Assembly: GCF_000021865.1 (NCBI RefSeq)
Contig: NC_014034.1
Location: 1,230,001-1,262,000 of the forward strand
Reading direction: 5' to 3'
Origin: Rhodobacter capsulatus SB 1003
GTDB lineage: Bacteria; Pseudomonadota; Alphaproteobacteria; Rhodobacterales; Rhodobacteraceae
Length of the DNA stretch: 32,000 nucleotides
The notes beneath the pieces were generated by a model. The model saw only the letters and a program-made list of their open reading frames with translations. It searched no databases and was not told the DNA's origin. The stretch's first letter is position 1. The number at the start of each line of letters is the position of its first letter. Both the position numbers and the translations under genes were made by a program. Below, piece by piece: positions 25,340 through 32,000 of this stretch.

Positions 25340-25393
25340 ATCCTTGGCGATGGCCTTGCGGCCTGAGGTGTGGTCTTGCGACCGGGTTCCGAT

Positions 25394-25468
25394 TGGAGCG
25401 GGCGATGAGATTCGAACTCACGACCCTAACCTTGGCAAGGTTATGCTCTACCCCTGAGCTACGCCCGC
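25394..25468 (-). tRNA. tRNA-Gly (anticodon GCC), CCA encoded, identical second copy
   Basis: All 75 nt are identical to the copy at 25265-25339. A 54-nt non-repeated spacer separates the two. Confidence 0.95.
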
Positions 25469-25489
25469 GCTGCCTTTCGGTGAGGGGGG

Positions 25490-25517
25490 ATTTATGAAAT
25501 CGCGCCGGGGGCTGCAA
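25490..25517 (-). promoter_or_regulatory. candidate strong promoter for the tRNA-Gly pair, with GC-rich discriminator
   Basis: On the minus strand, TTGCAG (25517-25512), a 16-nt spacer, then ATAAAT (25495-25490), followed by CCCCCCTC. The upstream tRNA 5' end lies about 21 nt downstream of the -10 hexamer. Confidence 0.45.
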
Positions 25518-25552
25518 GTGGAAAATGCACGGTTCGATGAAAAACTGCTGCG

Positions 25553-25578
25553 GGAACCGAAAGCGGCCTTGCGACGTT
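25553..25578 (+). promoter_or_regulatory. EcfG-type (ECF15, general stress response) promoter motif GGAAC-N17-CGTT
   Basis: GGAAC (25553-25557), a 17-nt spacer, then CGTT (25575-25578). It lies 55 nt upstream of the ATG of the CsbD-like gene. Confidence 0.5.
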
Positions 25579-25632
25579 GGAAAGTCGGGTGCGGCGAAAG
25601 GGCCGCGCGCTTCCAACCGAGAGGAGACCGCC

Positions 25633-25830
25633 ATGAACACGGACATCATCGAAGGCAAGTGGAAAGAGATCAAGGGCGCGGTGCGCGCCAAATGGGGCGA
25701 TCTGACCGATGACGAGATCGAGGAGATCGCGGGCGAGCGCGAGCGTCTGGAGGGGCTCGTGCAGCAGAAATACGGCCGCACCAAGGAGGCGGCGAAGAAG
25801 GAAGTCGACGACTTCCTGTCGAAACTCTGA
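25633..25830 (+). CDS. CsbD-family general stress protein
   Basis: 65 aa: MNTDIIEGKWKEIKGAVRAKWGDLTDDEIEEIAGERERLEGLVQQKYGRTKEAAKKEVDDFLSKL. This is the canonical CsbD pattern (GxWxxxKGxxKxxWGxLTDDD...G...L.G.lQ..YG). GAGGAGA lies 6 nt upstream. Confidence 0.88.
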   Translation: MNTDIIEGKWKEIKGAVRAKWGDLTDDEIEEIAGERERLEGLVQQKYGRTKEAAKKEVDDFLSKL

Positions 25831-25916
25831 CCTAGGGGTGCCGGACCGGAACCGGGGGCCTTCGGCTGTCTCGGTCCGCCCGAAGAGGGGGGGCGCTGTG
25901 GTACCCCTGCGGGACT

Positions 25917-25995
25917 CCCCCCGGGATATTTCCGCCAAGGGGAAATGAACCCGGGGCGCGGCTTTCACCTTGGGCCAAATATCCCGGGGGGGGGG
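25917..25995. repeat. inverted pair of the variant (GGGATATTT) subfamily of the intergenic element, ending in a G10 homopolymer
   Basis: CCCCCCGGGATATTTCCGCCAAGG (25917-25940) pairs with CCTTGGGCCAAATATCCCGGGGGGGGGG (25968-25995). The arms are complementary except for the central 4 nt. The G-run spans 25986-25995. Confidence 0.7.
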
Positions 25996-26013
25996 AACTT
26001 CCCGAAGAAAGAG

Positions 26014-26028
26014 GGGGGCAGGGCCCCC
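26014..26028. terminator. short GC hairpin, probable terminator for the MCP gene (minus strand)
   Basis: GGGGGC-agg-GCCCCC. On the minus strand it is followed by CTCTTTCTTC, and on the plus strand by TTT. Confidence 0.45.
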
Positions 26029-26071
26029 TTTCCCGATCGGGGCCGGTGCCGCGCGGCAGGGTCTTGGCCGG

Positions 26072-28276
26072 TCAGGCGGCGCGCGAGGGCGCCGCGGGCG
26101 CGACCCCCGATCCCAGATCGAACCGCGCGATCGCCTGCGACAGGCTTTGCGCGGCCGCCAGAAGATCGCGGCCCGAATGCGCCTTGCGCTCCACCCCTTC
26201 GGCGCTTTTCTGCGTCGCCAGATCCAGCACCTCGGTCGCCGCCGTCACCTCGCCGATGCTGGCCGATTGCTCGCGGCTGAGCTGCGCCAGATCCTGCACA
26301 TGGCCGACGATCGCCTCGATCACCGCGACGGCGCCGGCAAGGCCGCGGTCGGCCTCGCCGACCAGGGTTTCGCCCTCGCCGACCTTGCTGCGGGCCTCGG
26401 TGATCAGCCCGCCGATCTCGGCGGCGGCCGCGGTGGTGCGCTGCGCCAGATCGCGCACCTCCGAGGCGACGACGGCAAAGCCGCGCCCGGCCTCGCCCGC
26501 CCGCGCCGCCTCGACGCCCGCATTCAGCGCCAGAAGGTTGGTCTGGAAGGAAATGTCGTCGATCACCGAGATGATCCGCGCGATCGCATCCGACGAGGCA
26601 GTGATCCGCCCCATCGCTTCGACCACCCGGTTCACCGTCGCCTGCGCGGTCTGGATGTCGGCGCGCATCCGTTCGGCGCTTTGTGCGGTTTCCGCCGCCC
26701 GCGCCGCCCCGGTGCGCGACGATCCCGCCAGTTCGGTCATCGCCGCCGCGGTCTCTTCCAGCGAGGCGGCGGCCCGGGCGGCCTGTGCCGACATCTCCTC
26801 GGCGCCGCGGTCGAGCGCCGCCGAGGTGGAGAGGATCCCGTCGGTGCTGTCCCGGATCGTCCGCACCAGCGCTGCAAGCGCATCCAGCGCGGCGTTGAAA
26901 TTGGCGCGCAGGCTTTCGGAATGCGGCGGAAAGGGGGTCTCGATCCGCGCGGTCAGATCCCCCGCGGCGAGCCGGTGCAACCCGGTTTCCAGCGCGGCGA
27001 CGATCTGGCTCTGCTCGGCCAGCTGCGCCGCGCGCTCCTCTGCCGCTGCCGCTTCCAGCGCGCGGCGCGCGGCCTCGGCCTCGGCTTCGGCGGCGCGGCG
27101 TTCCTCGGCCCTTGCGGCCTCGGCGCGTTCGGCCGCGCGTTCGCGCGCGATCTGCGCCCGGTGGTCGGCCTCCCGCTCGGCGGCGGCCTGCTGCGCCGCC
27201 TCGGCCAGACGCGCATTCTGCGCGAGCATGTCGCGAAAGATCAGCAGCGCCGCCTGCAGGGCGCCGATCTCGCCGCCGCGCCGCCGCATGTCGTCCAGCA
27301 CCCCCAGATCGCCCGCAGCCAGGCCGCGGGTGCGCGCGGTCAGACGGCGCAACGGCTGCACGATCAGCGCCCGCAGCGCCAGCACGACCCCGACGAGCAC
27401 CGCGACCGCCCCCGCCAGCACCAGACTGAAGGCGCGGTTCGTGCGCTCGGCGTCACCGTCCAGCCGCCCGATGTCGGCGGCCGCCGAATCAATCACCGCC
27501 AGACCGGCTGCGGTGACCTCGGTGGTGATGTCCTCGGTCGCGGCCAACGCCTCTTCGGCCCGGCCCGAGGCCTCGGCCCCGGCCCGCAGCACGTTCTGGC
27601 GCAGCGCGACAAGCCCGCTTTCGGGGCCGGCCAGATCCAGTAGCCGGGCGCGGCCCGCGGCCTTGGCCTCGGGCACCGAGCGCGCGACCTTTTCCGCCGC
27701 TTCGGCGAATTTCCGCCCGCGCGGGCCAAAGGCCGCCGGATCGGTTTCGGTCAGGATGCGGATGATTTCCGTGCGCAGCCGGATCACGTCCTTCGGCTCA
27801 TAGGCGTTGAAGCCGGTCACCACCGTCGCCAGCACCGAATCGATGTCCTTCAATGCCTGCGCCAGTGCCGCCTCGGCCGCCATCCGGTCCGCAAGCGCCC
27901 CGGTCAGCGCCGCAAGACGCGCCTGCAGCCCGGTGAAATGGGCGCCAAGCCCGGGCACCGCCGCCGCCTCGGGGGTTGCGGCGAAGCGCTCGATCCGGGC
28001 CGCCAGCGCGGCATGGGCGGCGCTGACCGCGGCCGTGTCGGGCGCCTGCAACAGCTGCGCGAATCCCTGCGGCAAGGCCGAGATCTGCGCCACGAGCGTG
28101 CTGGTGGCGCGCAGATCGGGCAGCCGATCCTCGGCCATGGCGCGGGTCTGCGCCTGAAACCGCGACAGCCCCTGATGCGAGGTCCAGCCCAGCACCGCCA
28201 GAAGCAGCGCGAAAAGCCCGGCGCAGAGCCCCACCTGCACCCCGATTCCGCCAAGATAAGCCCGAAAATCTGCCAT
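26072..28276 (-). CDS. methyl-accepting chemotaxis protein (two TM segments, periplasmic sensor, HAMP, E/R/A-rich helix, second HAMP-like segment, MA signalling domain)
   Basis: The signalling hairpin is [40 protein letters not shown], with HAMP-like segments at [17 protein letters not shown] and [14 protein letters not shown]. The start is chosen at the ATG at 28276 ([10 protein letters not shown]...), because the ORF-track start at 28339 is a TTG. Confidence 0.88.
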   Translation of the reverse strand: MADFRAYLGGIGVQVGLCAGLFALLLAVLGWTSHQGLSRFQAQTRAMAEDRLPDLRATSTLVAQISALPQGFAQLLQAPDTAAVSAAHAALAARIERFAATPEAAAVPGLGAHFTGLQARLAALTGALADRMAAEAALAQALKDIDSVLATVVTGFNAYEPKDVIRLRTEIIRILTETDPAAFGPRGRKFAEAAEKVARSVPEAKAAGRARLLDLAGPESGLVALRQNVLRAGAEASGRAEEALAATEDITTEVTAAGLAVIDSAAADIGRLDGDAERTNRAFSLVLAGAVAVLVGVVLALRALIVQPLRRLTARTRGLAAGDLGVLDDMRRRGGEIGALQAALLIFRDMLAQNARLAEAAQQAAAEREADHRAQIARERAAERAEAARAEERRAAEAEAEAARRALEAAAAEERAAQLAEQSQIVAALETGLHRLAAGDLTARIETPFPPHSESLRANFNAALDALAALVRTIRDSTDGILSTSAALDRGAEEMSAQAARAAASLEETAAAMTELAGSSRTGAARAAETAQSAERMRADIQTAQATVNRVVEAMGRITASSDAIARIISVIDDISFQTNLLALNAGVEAARAGEAGRGFAVVASEVRDLAQRTTAAAAEIGGLITEARSKVGEGETLVGEADRGLAGAVAVIEAIVGHVQDLAQLSREQSASIGEVTAATEVLDLATQKSAEGVERKAHSGRDLLAAAQSLSQAIARFDLGSGVAPAAPSRAA

Positions 28277-28348
28277 GCCGCACCTGTTTTGCCTTGCGCG
28301 CCCAAGTGTTGGGCCAAGGGGTTGAGCAAGTCTGAACAACCCGGCGTG

Positions 28349-28414
28349 TTGTCATCAAAACTTCATCCGGGCGTCACACATGAAACCGTCATCGCTTTGT
28401 CACCGCCCCGTCAC
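28349..28414 (+). promoter_or_regulatory. array of six Pho-box-like half-sites with 11-bp phasing (two triplets)
   Basis: The first triplet is TTGTCAT-caaa-ACTTCAT-ccgg-GCGTCAC (28349-28377). The second triplet is CCGTCAT-cgct-TTGTCAC-cgcc-CCGTCAC (28386-28414). The consensus half-site is CTGTCAT. A candidate -10 hexamer GATGGT lies at 28425-28430, and the ATG is at 28460. Confidence 0.55.
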
Positions 28415-28459
28415 GTGCCGCGGGGATGGTCCGGCGACGCAACCTGACAGGACCGATCC

Positions 28460-30625
28460 ATGACCTTTCGCAGCCTTTGCCTGACCTCGGCGCTGGCGCT
28501 TGCCACGGCCTTTCCCGCCCATGCCGAACAAAGCTTCAACCGCATTTCCGCTTTTGCCACGCCGCTCAATGCCACCGGTGCCGAGGCGGCCAAACCCTCC
28601 TCGGCCGAGATCATCACCGCGACCGAGGACGGGCGGAAACTGATCTATTCCGACAGCCCGCTGGGCGTTCTGGGGCTGATCGACATCGCCGATCCGGCGG
28701 CGCCGAAACCGCTGGGCACGGTGGCGATGGGCGGCGAGCCGACGACGACGGTGGTGCTGGGCGATCTGGCCTTTGCCGGGGTGAACACCTCGGAAAGCAA
28801 GGCCAGGCCCTCGGGCAAGCTGGTGACGGTGGATCTGGCCACGCAAAAGATCGTGGCGGAATGTGATCTGGGCGGGCAGCCCGATTCCGTCGCCAAGGAC
28901 CCGGGGGGCAGCTTCCTGGCCGTCGCGATCGAGAACGAGCGCGACGAGGAGGTGAACGAGGGCGATCTGCCGCAGGCGCCCGCGGGCTATCTGGTGAAAC
29001 TGCCGCTGGCCAAGGGCGCGGTCGATTGCGGCGGGTTGCAAAAGATCGAGCTGACCGGGCTTGCGGCGGTGGCAGGCGACGATCCCGAGCCCGAATTCGT
29101 CTCGGTCAACACCGCGGGCGAAATCGTGGTGACGCTGCAGGAAAACAACGAAATCGTGGTGATCGGCGCCGATGGCAAGCTCGCCACGCATTTTTCCGCG
29201 GGCAGCGTCGATCTGGCGGGCATCGACACGAAGAAGGACGGCAAGCTCGATTTCACCGGCAAGAAAGAGGGGGTCGCGCGCGAACCCGATGCGGTGAAAT
29301 GGATCGACACCGATCATTTCGTCACCGCGAACGAGGGCGACTGGAAGGGCGGCTCGCGCGGCTTCACGATCTGGAAGAAGGACGGCACCGTCGTCTTTGA
29401 AGCCGGGGCGAGCCTCGAGCGCGAGATGGCGGCGCTGGGCCATTACCCCGACAAGCGCAACAAGAAGGGCGTCGAGATCGAATCGGTCGAGGTGGCGGAG
29501 TTCGACGGTCGCAAGCTGCTTTTCGTTGCCGCCGAACGGGCCTCGCTGGTGGCGGTCTATGATCTGGCCGATCTGGCGGCGCCGAAACTCTTGCAGATCC
29601 TGCCCTCGGGGATCAGCCCCGAAGGTCTGGTGGCGATCCCGGCCCGCGGGCTTCTGGCGACGGCGAACGAGGTCGATCTGCGCGAAGACGGGCTCGCCCC
29701 GGCGCATGTGATGCTTTACGCGCTCTCGGACGGCCCGGCCGCCTATCCGACGCTGACCAGCGCGGGCACCGAGCCCTTGATCGGCTGGGCGGCGCTTTCG
29801 GCGCTGAGCGCCGATCCGGCGAAACCCGGGCATCTTTTCGCCGCTTCGGACAGTTTCCTCTCGGCCGCGCCGACGATCTATTCCCTTGATGCGACGCAAA
29901 AACCGGCGCGGATCACCGCGGCGCTGACGGTCACGCGGGGCGGCGATCCGGCGCAGCTGATGGATATCGAGGGGCTGGCCAGCGATGGCAAGGGCGGCTT
30001 CTGGCTGGCGACCGAGGGGCGCACGGACAAGATGATCCCGCATGGCATCGTGCATGTGGACGAGACGGGGGCGATCGATCAGCAGATCGGCCTGCCGCCG
30101 GAGCTTGCCGCTGCCGAAACCCGTTTCGGCTTCGAAGGGATCGCGCTGGCGGGCGACAGGCTCTGGCTCGCGGTGCAGCGGCCCTGGAAAGACGATCCCA
30201 AGGGGACGGTGAAGCTGGTCGCCTATGATCTTGAGGCCGAAACATGGGGCGCGGTGCAGTATCCGCTTGAGGCCGCGCCCGAAGGCGGCTGGGTCGGGCT
30301 CTCGGAAATCACCCTGCACGGCGATTTCGCCTATCTGATCGAGCGCGACAACCAGCTGGCCGACACCGCGGCGGTGAAGCGGCTTTACCGCGTCGCGCTG
30401 GCCGATCTGAAACCCGCGGCTCTGGGCGGCCCGCTGCCGGTGGTGCGCAAGGAGCTGGTGCGCGACCTGCTGCCCGATCTGGCGGCCTGGAACGGCTATA
30501 TCCTTGACAAAGTGGAAGGTTTCGCCATCGACGCGGCGGGCGAAGGCTTCGTCGTCACCGACAATGACGGCGTTGACGACAGCTCGGGCGAGACGCTCTT
30601 CTGGTCGATCGGCAAGGTCGAATAA
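28460..30625 (+). CDS. secreted beta-propeller protein with C-terminal phytase-like (esterase-like activity of phytase) domain; candidate phosphoesterase
   Basis: 721 aa with a signal peptide ([15 protein letters not shown]|EQ). Blade-like segments repeat along the sequence. The C-terminal half has the recurrent (D/F)xEG(L/I/F)A pattern ([56 protein letters not shown]) seen in phytase-like domain proteins. I cannot verify the family assignment without a search. Confidence 0.6.
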   Translation: MTFRSLCLTSALALATAFPAHAEQSFNRISAFATPLNATGAEAAKPSSAEIITATEDGRKLIYSDSPLGVLGLIDIADPAAPKPLGTVAMGGEPTTTVVLGDLAFAGVNTSESKARPSGKLVTVDLATQKIVAECDLGGQPDSVAKDPGGSFLAVAIENERDEEVNEGDLPQAPAGYLVKLPLAKGAVDCGGLQKIELTGLAAVAGDDPEPEFVSVNTAGEIVVTLQENNEIVVIGADGKLATHFSAGSVDLAGIDTKKDGKLDFTGKKEGVAREPDAVKWIDTDHFVTANEGDWKGGSRGFTIWKKDGTVVFEAGASLEREMAALGHYPDKRNKKGVEIESVEVAEFDGRKLLFVAAERASLVAVYDLADLAAPKLLQILPSGISPEGLVAIPARGLLATANEVDLREDGLAPAHVMLYALSDGPAAYPTLTSAGTEPLIGWAALSALSADPAKPGHLFAASDSFLSAAPTIYSLDATQKPARITAALTVTRGGDPAQLMDIEGLASDGKGGFWLATEGRTDKMIPHGIVHVDETGAIDQQIGLPPELAAAETRFGFEGIALAGDRLWLAVQRPWKDDPKGTVKLVAYDLEAETWGAVQYPLEAAPEGGWVGLSEITLHGDFAYLIERDNQLADTAAVKRLYRVALADLKPAALGGPLPVVRKELVRDLLPDLAAWNGYILDKVEGFAIDAAGEGFVVTDNDGVDDSSGETLFWSIGKVE

Positions 30626-30652
30626 CCCCCCCGAAAACCCGACGACAGGCGC

Positions 30653-30686
30653 CCCCCGGACCGCAAGGCCCGGGGGTTTGCCTTTG
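30653..30686 (+). terminator. intrinsic terminator after the phytase-like gene
   Basis: CCCCCGGACC-gcaa-GGCCCGGGGG forms a 10-bp stem with one mismatch, followed by TTTGCCTTTG. Confidence 0.7.
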
Positions 30687-30739
30687 CCCGGCCCCGGCAG
30701 GCGTCGTTGGGGGAATGTCGTTACCGAAGCTTTAACAAA

Positions 30740-30757
30740 CTGCCATCGCCCTGTTGC
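30740..30757 (+). promoter_or_regulatory. candidate Pho box upstream of phnC
   Basis: CTGCCAT-cgcc-CTGTTGC compares with the consensus CTGTCAT-N4-CTGTCA(T/C). It lies 43 nt upstream of the phnC ATG. Confidence 0.4.
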
Positions 30758-30800
30758 CCGGGCAGGCGAGAAGGGCGCGACGCTGGATCCGGGGGCACAG

Positions 30801-31622
30801 ATGCTGGAATTGCGACACCTGACACGGGATTTCGCGGGCCGCTGCGCGGTCGACAACGTGTCGCTGCGCTTTGACCGTCCGGGCTTTGTCGGCATCATCG
30901 GCCGCTCGGGCGCGGGGAAATCGACGCTGTTGCGGATGATCAACCGGCTGACCGATGTCAGCGCGGGCGAGATCCTGTTTCAGGGCCGCAATGTCGCGAC
31001 GCTGCGGGGGGCCGAGAAACGCGCCTGGCAAAGCCGCTGCGCCATGGTGTTCCAGCAATTCAACCTGGTGCCGCGCCGCGATGTCGCCTCGAACGTGCTG
31101 CACGGGCTGCTTGGCCGTCGCCCGGTGCTGGCGGCGATCTTCGATCTGTGGTCCGAGGCCGAGATCACCCGGGCGCTGGCGATCCTTGACCGGCTTGGCA
31201 TCGCCGATCAGGCCGCCAAACGCGCCGAGGCGCTCTCGGGCGGCCAGCAGCAGCGCGTCGCCATCGCCCGGGCGCTGATGCAGGATCCCGCGATCATCCT
31301 CGCCGACGAGCCGATCGCCAGCCTTGATCCGATGAATGCGCAGATCGTCATGGACACGCTCAAGCGCATCCAGACCGAGGACGGCCGGATGGTGATCGCC
31401 AATCTGCACACGCTGGATACCGCGCGGCGCTATTGCGACCGGGTGATCGGCATGCGCGACGGCCGCGTCGTCTTTGACGGCCGCCCCGACCAGCTGTCGA
31501 CCGGCATCGCGCGCGAGATCTATGGCGCCGACGCCAGTTTCAACGAGGCCGCGACCTCGACCGCGATCCCCGCCGATGCCCGCGCCGATGCCGATTACGC
31601 CAGCGCGATGCTGGGCGCCTGA
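30801..31622 (+). CDS. phnC: phosphonate ABC transporter ATP-binding protein
   Basis: The start is at [11 protein letters not shown]. Motifs are Walker [19 protein letters not shown]-loop MVFQQFNLV, signature [15 protein letters not shown], Walker [12 protein letters not shown] and H-loop NLH. The protein is 273 aa and is followed by phnD. Confidence 0.85.
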   Translation: MLELRHLTRDFAGRCAVDNVSLRFDRPGFVGIIGRSGAGKSTLLRMINRLTDVSAGEILFQGRNVATLRGAEKRAWQSRCAMVFQQFNLVPRRDVASNVLHGLLGRRPVLAAIFDLWSEAEITRALAILDRLGIADQAAKRAEALSGGQQQRVAIARALMQDPAIILADEPIASLDPMNAQIVMDTLKRIQTEDGRMVIANLHTLDTARRYCDRVIGMRDGRVVFDGRPDQLSTGIAREIYGADASFNEAATSTAIPADARADADYASAMLGA

Positions 31623-31664
31623 CCCTTTCCCGGCCGGGGTGGCCGGGTTCAACCGGAGACGACC

Positions 31665-32000
31665 ATGAAGATCCTTCCCGCCGTTCTGGCTGCCACGACC
31701 CTGATTGCGGGGGCTGCCCATGCCGAGGGCCTCACCCAGTTCAACATCGGCCTTCTGGGCGGTGAGAACGCGCAAGACCGGCTGAATTCGAACGAATGCC
31801 TGCGCAAATATGCCGAAGACACGCTGGGCGTGCCGGTGAAGCTGTTTGCCCCCGCCGATTATGACGGCGTGGTGCAGGGGCTTCTGGGCGGCACCATCGA
31901 CATGGCCTGGCTGGGCGCCTCGGCCTATGCCAAGGTCTATCTGACCGACCCGAAAGCGGTCGATGTGGCGCTGGTGAAGACCAATCTGGACGGGTCCTTC
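31665..32000 (+). CDS. phnD: phosphonate/phosphite ABC transporter periplasmic substrate-binding protein, 5' part (runs off window)
   Basis: MKILPAVLAATTLIAGAAHA|EGLTQFNIGLLGGENAQDRL...GGTIDMAWLGASAYA. It has a signal peptide and PhnD-like N-terminal motifs, with GGAGA upstream of the ATG. It is preceded by the intercistronic hairpin CCCGGCC-ggggt-GGCCGGG (31630-31648). Confidence 0.8.
   Translation, partial: MKILPAVLAATTLIAGAAHAEGLTQFNIGLLGGENAQDRLNSNECLRKYAEDTLGVPVKLFAPADYDGVVQGLLGGTIDMAWLGASAYAKVYLTDPKAVDVALVKTNLDGSF

Noticed and set aside
25276-25497. 73-aa plus-strand ORF with an internally repeated peptide (MRFELTTLTLARLCSTPELRP twice)
   Set aside because: The internal repeat is simply the antisense translation of the two identical tRNA-Gly genes.
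25162-25632. Possible genomic-island integration site at the tRNA-Gly pair
   Set aside because: There is no integrase, excisionase or phage gene on either side, and no partial direct repeat of the tRNA 3' end. The flanking genes (hisBH and csbD) are housekeeping or stress genes.
4781-25995. Could the repeated motif be a CRISPR array or a tandem repeat?
   Set aside because: The copies are kilobases apart, irregularly spaced, in both orientations and separated by ordinary genes. There are no cas genes. The pattern fits a dispersed REP-like element, not CRISPR.
28277-28339. TTG-initiated 21-codon extension of the MCP gene
   Set aside because: The track start at 28339 is a TTG without an SD sequence. 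The ATG at 28276 lies directly before the first TM segment. The start is uncertain, but the shorter form is preferred.
28400-30943. 847-aa minus-strand ORF opposite the phytase-like gene that runs into phnC
   Set aside because: It is R/G/P-rich and spans a terminator and two differently regulated genes on the other strand. It has no start context or motifs.

Overview
This is a very GC-rich alphaproteobacterial chromosomal segment. I did not compute the exact GC content. The gene content and order point to a Rhodobacter (R. capsulatus-like) core chromosome: ccoP followed by ccoGHIS, a divergent hemE/hemC pair with a TGT-N12-ACA palindrome, and hisBH. I support 27 protein-coding genes and two identical tandem tRNA-Gly(GCC) genes.

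Genes in order:
- ccoP (3' end) and ccoG-ccoH-ccoI-ccoS
- an S11 D,D-carboxypeptidase with a SPOR domain
- a HAD hydrolase, clpS, and an RsmC-like methyltransferase
- a small Cys-rich lipoprotein and a DEAD-box helicase with a basic tail
- hemE and hemC (divergent), a GlcD-like FAD oxidase, and an MFS transporter
- a TesA-like SGNH esterase divergent from a YbbA/YbbP-like ABC transporter
- a lytic transglycosylase lipoprotein, copA, and a DUF2892 membrane protein
- hisH and hisB, two tRNA-Gly genes, and a CsbD-like stress protein
- a methyl-accepting chemotaxis protein, a secreted phytase-like protein, and phnC-phnD (the latter truncated at the window edge)

I see no transposase, integrase, phage gene, CRISPR array, toxin-antitoxin pair or recognisable defence gene. 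I cannot honestly point to a novel multi-gene system here.

Observations worth a second look:
1. A dispersed REP-like palindromic element family has about 11 copies, all intergenic, often as inverted pairs that form 23-29 bp stems at gene ends.
2. Six (G/T)TCA(T/C) half-sites with 11-bp phasing (Pho-box-like) lie upstream of the phytase-like gene, and there is a further Pho box upstream of phnC.
3. A GGAAC-N17-CGTT (EcfG-type) promoter lies upstream of the CsbD-like gene.
4. A CrtJ/PpsR-type TGT-N12-ACA palindrome carries back-to-back TTGACA hexamers between hemE and hemC.
5. The esterase and ABC ATPase genes have divergent start codons that overlap by 11 bp.

The many long R/G/P/A-rich ORFs antisense to these genes are treated as high-GC shadow ORFs.
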